DNA of 64,000 nucleotides from an uncultured Prevotella sp. (GTDB lineage Bacteria; Bacteroidota; Bacteroidia; Bacteroidales; Bacteroidaceae): NCBI GenBank assembly GCA_900315775.1, contig ONAJ01000007.1, positions 15,606 to 79,605 of the forward strand, read 5' to 3'. Shown piece by piece: positions 61,692 to 64,000 of this stretch (position 1 is its first letter; each line of letters starts with the position of its first letter). The notes under the pieces were generated by a model. It saw only the letters and a program-made list of their open reading frames with translations, ran no database searches and was not told where the DNA came from. The position numbers and the translations under genes were made by a program.

Positions 61692-62339
61692 TTACCAAAT
61701 GTAATCAACCTTTATTACTATAACACGTATCGACTGGTCTTCCTGATCGGTCGATATTTTTGCTATGTGCCAATCGCCTGGGAAGAAGATGAAGAACTTG
61801 TCGGGCGTACTGTCGTAGAACTTCGTCTTCGTGACGTCGTAGTTGTAATGTATCACGTCGGGCTTGTACGTGTCCTTCGGTGTCGATGTGAAGTGGTCTA
61901 TAACACCGAACCTCTCCGTTCCCTTCACCACGTACTGGAAGTCTATGTGGAAATAGTGACTCTCGCTGTTGCGCTTCTCCAGGGGCTGGTTCTTGCTGTC
62001 TTCGACACTCGCCACCAGCGTAGTGCCCTCAATGGGGTGCTTACCTTTGGGAATAGCCAGCAGGTCGGTCTCTGCAAGCCACTTGAAGAGAGCCTTCCAC
62101 TGCTCCGGGTTCTTCTCGTACTGCTGGTAGAAGTCTATCCTGTTAACACTCTCGTGCGGCATAGCAGCGTTAAAACCGTTGCGCCACACCTCCGAGGCTG
62201 TCCACGCGTCGGCTTTCTGCTGTAGCGCCTCGTCACCGAAATAACGGGTGTAGTAGCCGCTCTGGGCAATAGCAGCGTTGGCTATCAGCATACATCCTAC
62301 TGCCAACAGCTGTCTGCTAACAACAAAAAACTTTCTCAT
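61692..62339 (-). CDS. YhcH/YjgK/YiaL family protein with signal peptide
   Basis: 215 aa. ...HYFHIDFQYVVKGTERFGV...FFIFFPGDWHIAK. Confidence 0.7.
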   Translation of the reverse strand: MRKFFVVSRQLLAVGCMLIANAAIAQSGYYTRYFGDEALQQKADAWTASEVWRNGFNAAMPHESVNRIDFYQQYEKNPEQWKALFKWLAETDLLAIPKGKHPIEGTTLVASVEDSKNQPLEKRNSESHYFHIDFQYVVKGTERFGVIDHFTSTPKDTYKPDVIHYNYDVTKTKFYDSTPDKFFIFFPGDWHIAKISTDQEDQSIRVIVIKVDYIW

Positions 62340-63496
62340 CTGTTCTTATGTTTAAGGTACCATTTATGTGTAAACAAGTGATACATCAGGAACGCCACAA
62401 CAACGACAGCTATGGTGACTATTGTCCTGAGACGGCTGTCCTCAGCCAGCATACAACCCATAAAGAGTCCTAAGGCTACTCCTGTCTCCCAGCCCAGCAC
62501 GTAGCTGCTCTGCGACGTACCACGCTGACAGTGGTCGCTGAGTTTTATGAAGAACAACAGGAAGCGCGCTCCTACTATGCCCACACCAATACCTATGAAC
62601 GTGGGTGCTATGAACACCGTCGGCACGTACTGGTCGCTGAGCATCATCAGCTCGGCAGCACCAATGAGGAACAGTCCCGTAATTATCTCGCTCTTCAACT
62701 CGGCATTCTCAAAGACGTAGCGCTGCGTCACCATCGACACTACGAAACCTACCATCATCATTCCGTAGAACACGGGGTCCGTGTGAGCCGTGAAAATCAT
62801 TCCTACGGCGGCAGCTACCAGCAGCATGTTAAGGAACAGCCACGAGCCGTTCTTCAGGAAGAACCTGTCGCAGGCAAGCTTAGGCACAACGTCCTCGGGG
62901 GCTTTGAAGGGCACATCGACGAGGAGTATCAGCACTATGGCGGCAAAACAGCAGGCGGCAGCAGCCACGAAGACATACTGTGCTCCGAGGAGGTAGTTCA
63001 CCGCCCACCCCGTCAAGGGTCCTAATGCTAACGCCACCCTCTCGAACCACGCTGCCGAGTGGTTTGCCTCCGTCCTTCGGAACGACTCGCTGGTGTCTAT
63101 CACCAACGTGCTCATCAGCACCATCTGCGCCAGTCCGAAGGCGGCTCCACACGCCACCCTCAGCGCCGTCAGCGTCTCCACATTCTTCAGTTCTGGATTT
63201 GTCGCCATGAGGTAGAACCCTCCCATCACGGCTATCATCGCCACCAATGCCCATACGCACACCATATTTCTGCGGTAGTGCTGCACCAGGAAGTTACAGA
63301 ACCCTCCAAGCAGGAACAGTCCTACGCCGTAGCTTCCCATCACCAGCGCTGTGTCCTTCACCGACAGTCCCATCCATACGGGCAACAGCGGTATAAGCAT
63401 ATACACCGCCATCGTCATCGCCAGATTGGCAAAAGCCAACCGCCAGAAGTCGTGGTGCCACAGGTTAATGTGTACGGGGGTATTCTGGGTGTACAT
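62336..63496 (-). CDS. MFS transporter
   Basis: 386 aa with about 12 TM segments. 4-nt overlap with the downstream gene. Confidence 0.75.
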   Translation of the reverse strand: MYTQNTPVHINLWHHDFWRLAFANLAMTMAVYMLIPLLPVWMGLSVKDTALVMGSYGVGLFLLGGFCNFLVQHYRRNMVCVWALVAMIAVMGGFYLMATNPELKNVETLTALRVACGAAFGLAQMVLMSTLVIDTSESFRRTEANHSAAWFERVALALGPLTGWAVNYLLGAQYVFVAAAACCFAAIVLILLVDVPFKAPEDVVPKLACDRFFLKNGSWLFLNMLLVAAAVGMIFTAHTDPVFYGMMMVGFVVSMVTQRYVFENAELKSEIITGLFLIGAAELMMLSDQYVPTVFIAPTFIGIGVGIVGARFLLFFIKLSDHCQRGTSQSSYVLGWETGVALGLFMGCMLAEDSRLRTIVTIAVVVVAFLMYHLFTHKWYLKHKNR

Positions 63497-63501
63497 CTTT
63501 T

Positions 63502-64000
63502 TTAATAGCTTTCCTGTTCGTTGGGGAAGTCGCTGCTCTTCACGTCGGCAACGTACTGTCCTATGGCGTCGGTCATTATCTCGTTAAGATTAGCATATCT
63601 GCGCAGGAATCGCGGACTGAAACCCTTTGTCATTCCCAACATATCGGCAACGACGAGAATCTGTCCGTCGCACTTCCCTCCTGCTCCGATACCTATCGTA
63701 GGTACTGCTATCGACTTCGTCACCTCCTCGGCGAGTGTTGCAGGCACCTTCTCCAGCGTCACTGCGAAACATCCCACCTCGGCGAGCGCCTTAGCGTCGG
63801 AGAGCAGTTTCTTCGCCTCTGCCTCCTCCTTTGCTCTTACTGCGTAGGTGCCGAACTTGTTGATACTCTGCGGAGTAAGTCCTAAGTGTCCCATCACGGG
63901 GATACCGGCATCAAGAATACCTTTTATGGTATCTATTATCTCCACACCGCCCTCGAGTTTCAGTGCGTCGCATCCGCTCTCCTTCATTATGCGGATGGCG
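63502..64000 (-). CDS. panB: 3-methyl-2-oxobutanoate hydroxymethyltransferase, C-terminal part; gene continues past the right window edge
   Basis: The frame stays open upstream of the listed Met (...[18 protein letters not shown]...). [22 protein letters not shown]. Confidence 0.9.
   Translation of the reverse strand, partial: AIRIMKESGCDALKLEGGVEIIDTIKGILDAGIPVMGHLGLTPQSINKFGTYAVRAKEEAEAKKLLSDAKALAEVGCFAVTLEKVPATLAEEVTKSIAVPTIGIGAGGKCDGQILVVADMLGMTKGFSPRFLRRYANLNEIMTDAIGQYVADVKSSDFPNEQESY

Overview
64-kb chromosomal window from a Bacteroidota genome. The assignment is an inference from gene content, TAnnTTTG -7 promoter boxes and many T9SS C-terminal sorting domains, and it looks Prevotellaceae-like. 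No rRNA, CRISPR array, integrase or transposase was seen, and there is one tRNA-Lys(CUU). About 55 genes are tightly packed. Housekeeping content includes: ilvD-ilvB-ilvN plus an acyl-ACP thioesterase, metA, cobU-cobT-cobS, a four-subunit 2-oxoacid:ferredoxin oxidoreductase, folD, ffh, rlmN, a sigma-54 activator with lptE, secG, PBP1A, tilS, ftsK-lolA, a pectate lyase with uxaB, and panB. An accessory-looking block at about 17.6-34.2 kb is rich in exported effector-like proteins. It holds two Endonuclease-I paralogs, a DNA/RNA non-specific endonuclease preceded by a 73-aa very acidic ORF, a 677-aa lipoprotein whose C-terminal half carries a leukocidin/alpha-hemolysin-like amphipathic stem hairpin, a fic-cotH pair, and a PPAD-like (PAD_porph family) enzyme with a T9SS CTD. 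This block separates aguA from aguB. The largest noncoding stretch (31465-32127) holds an inverted-repeat-flanked 176-bp segment. That segment carries a consensus promoter box and 5.7 phased 22-bp repeats, and three 22-bp-phased hairpins follow it. It is a candidate invertible promoter, MITE or repeat-structured sRNA. A window-wide oddity is a family of heptanucleotide tandem arrays (GGTTAGA, GAATTAT, TAGTTGA, GAGATGC and similar) that sit on stop codons at gene junctions. Related 7-nt-period arrays lie in frame inside coding sequences (AmpG loop, AguA loop, linkers before T9SS CTDs). All functional calls come from reading the translated ORFs and motifs by eye; no database search was run.
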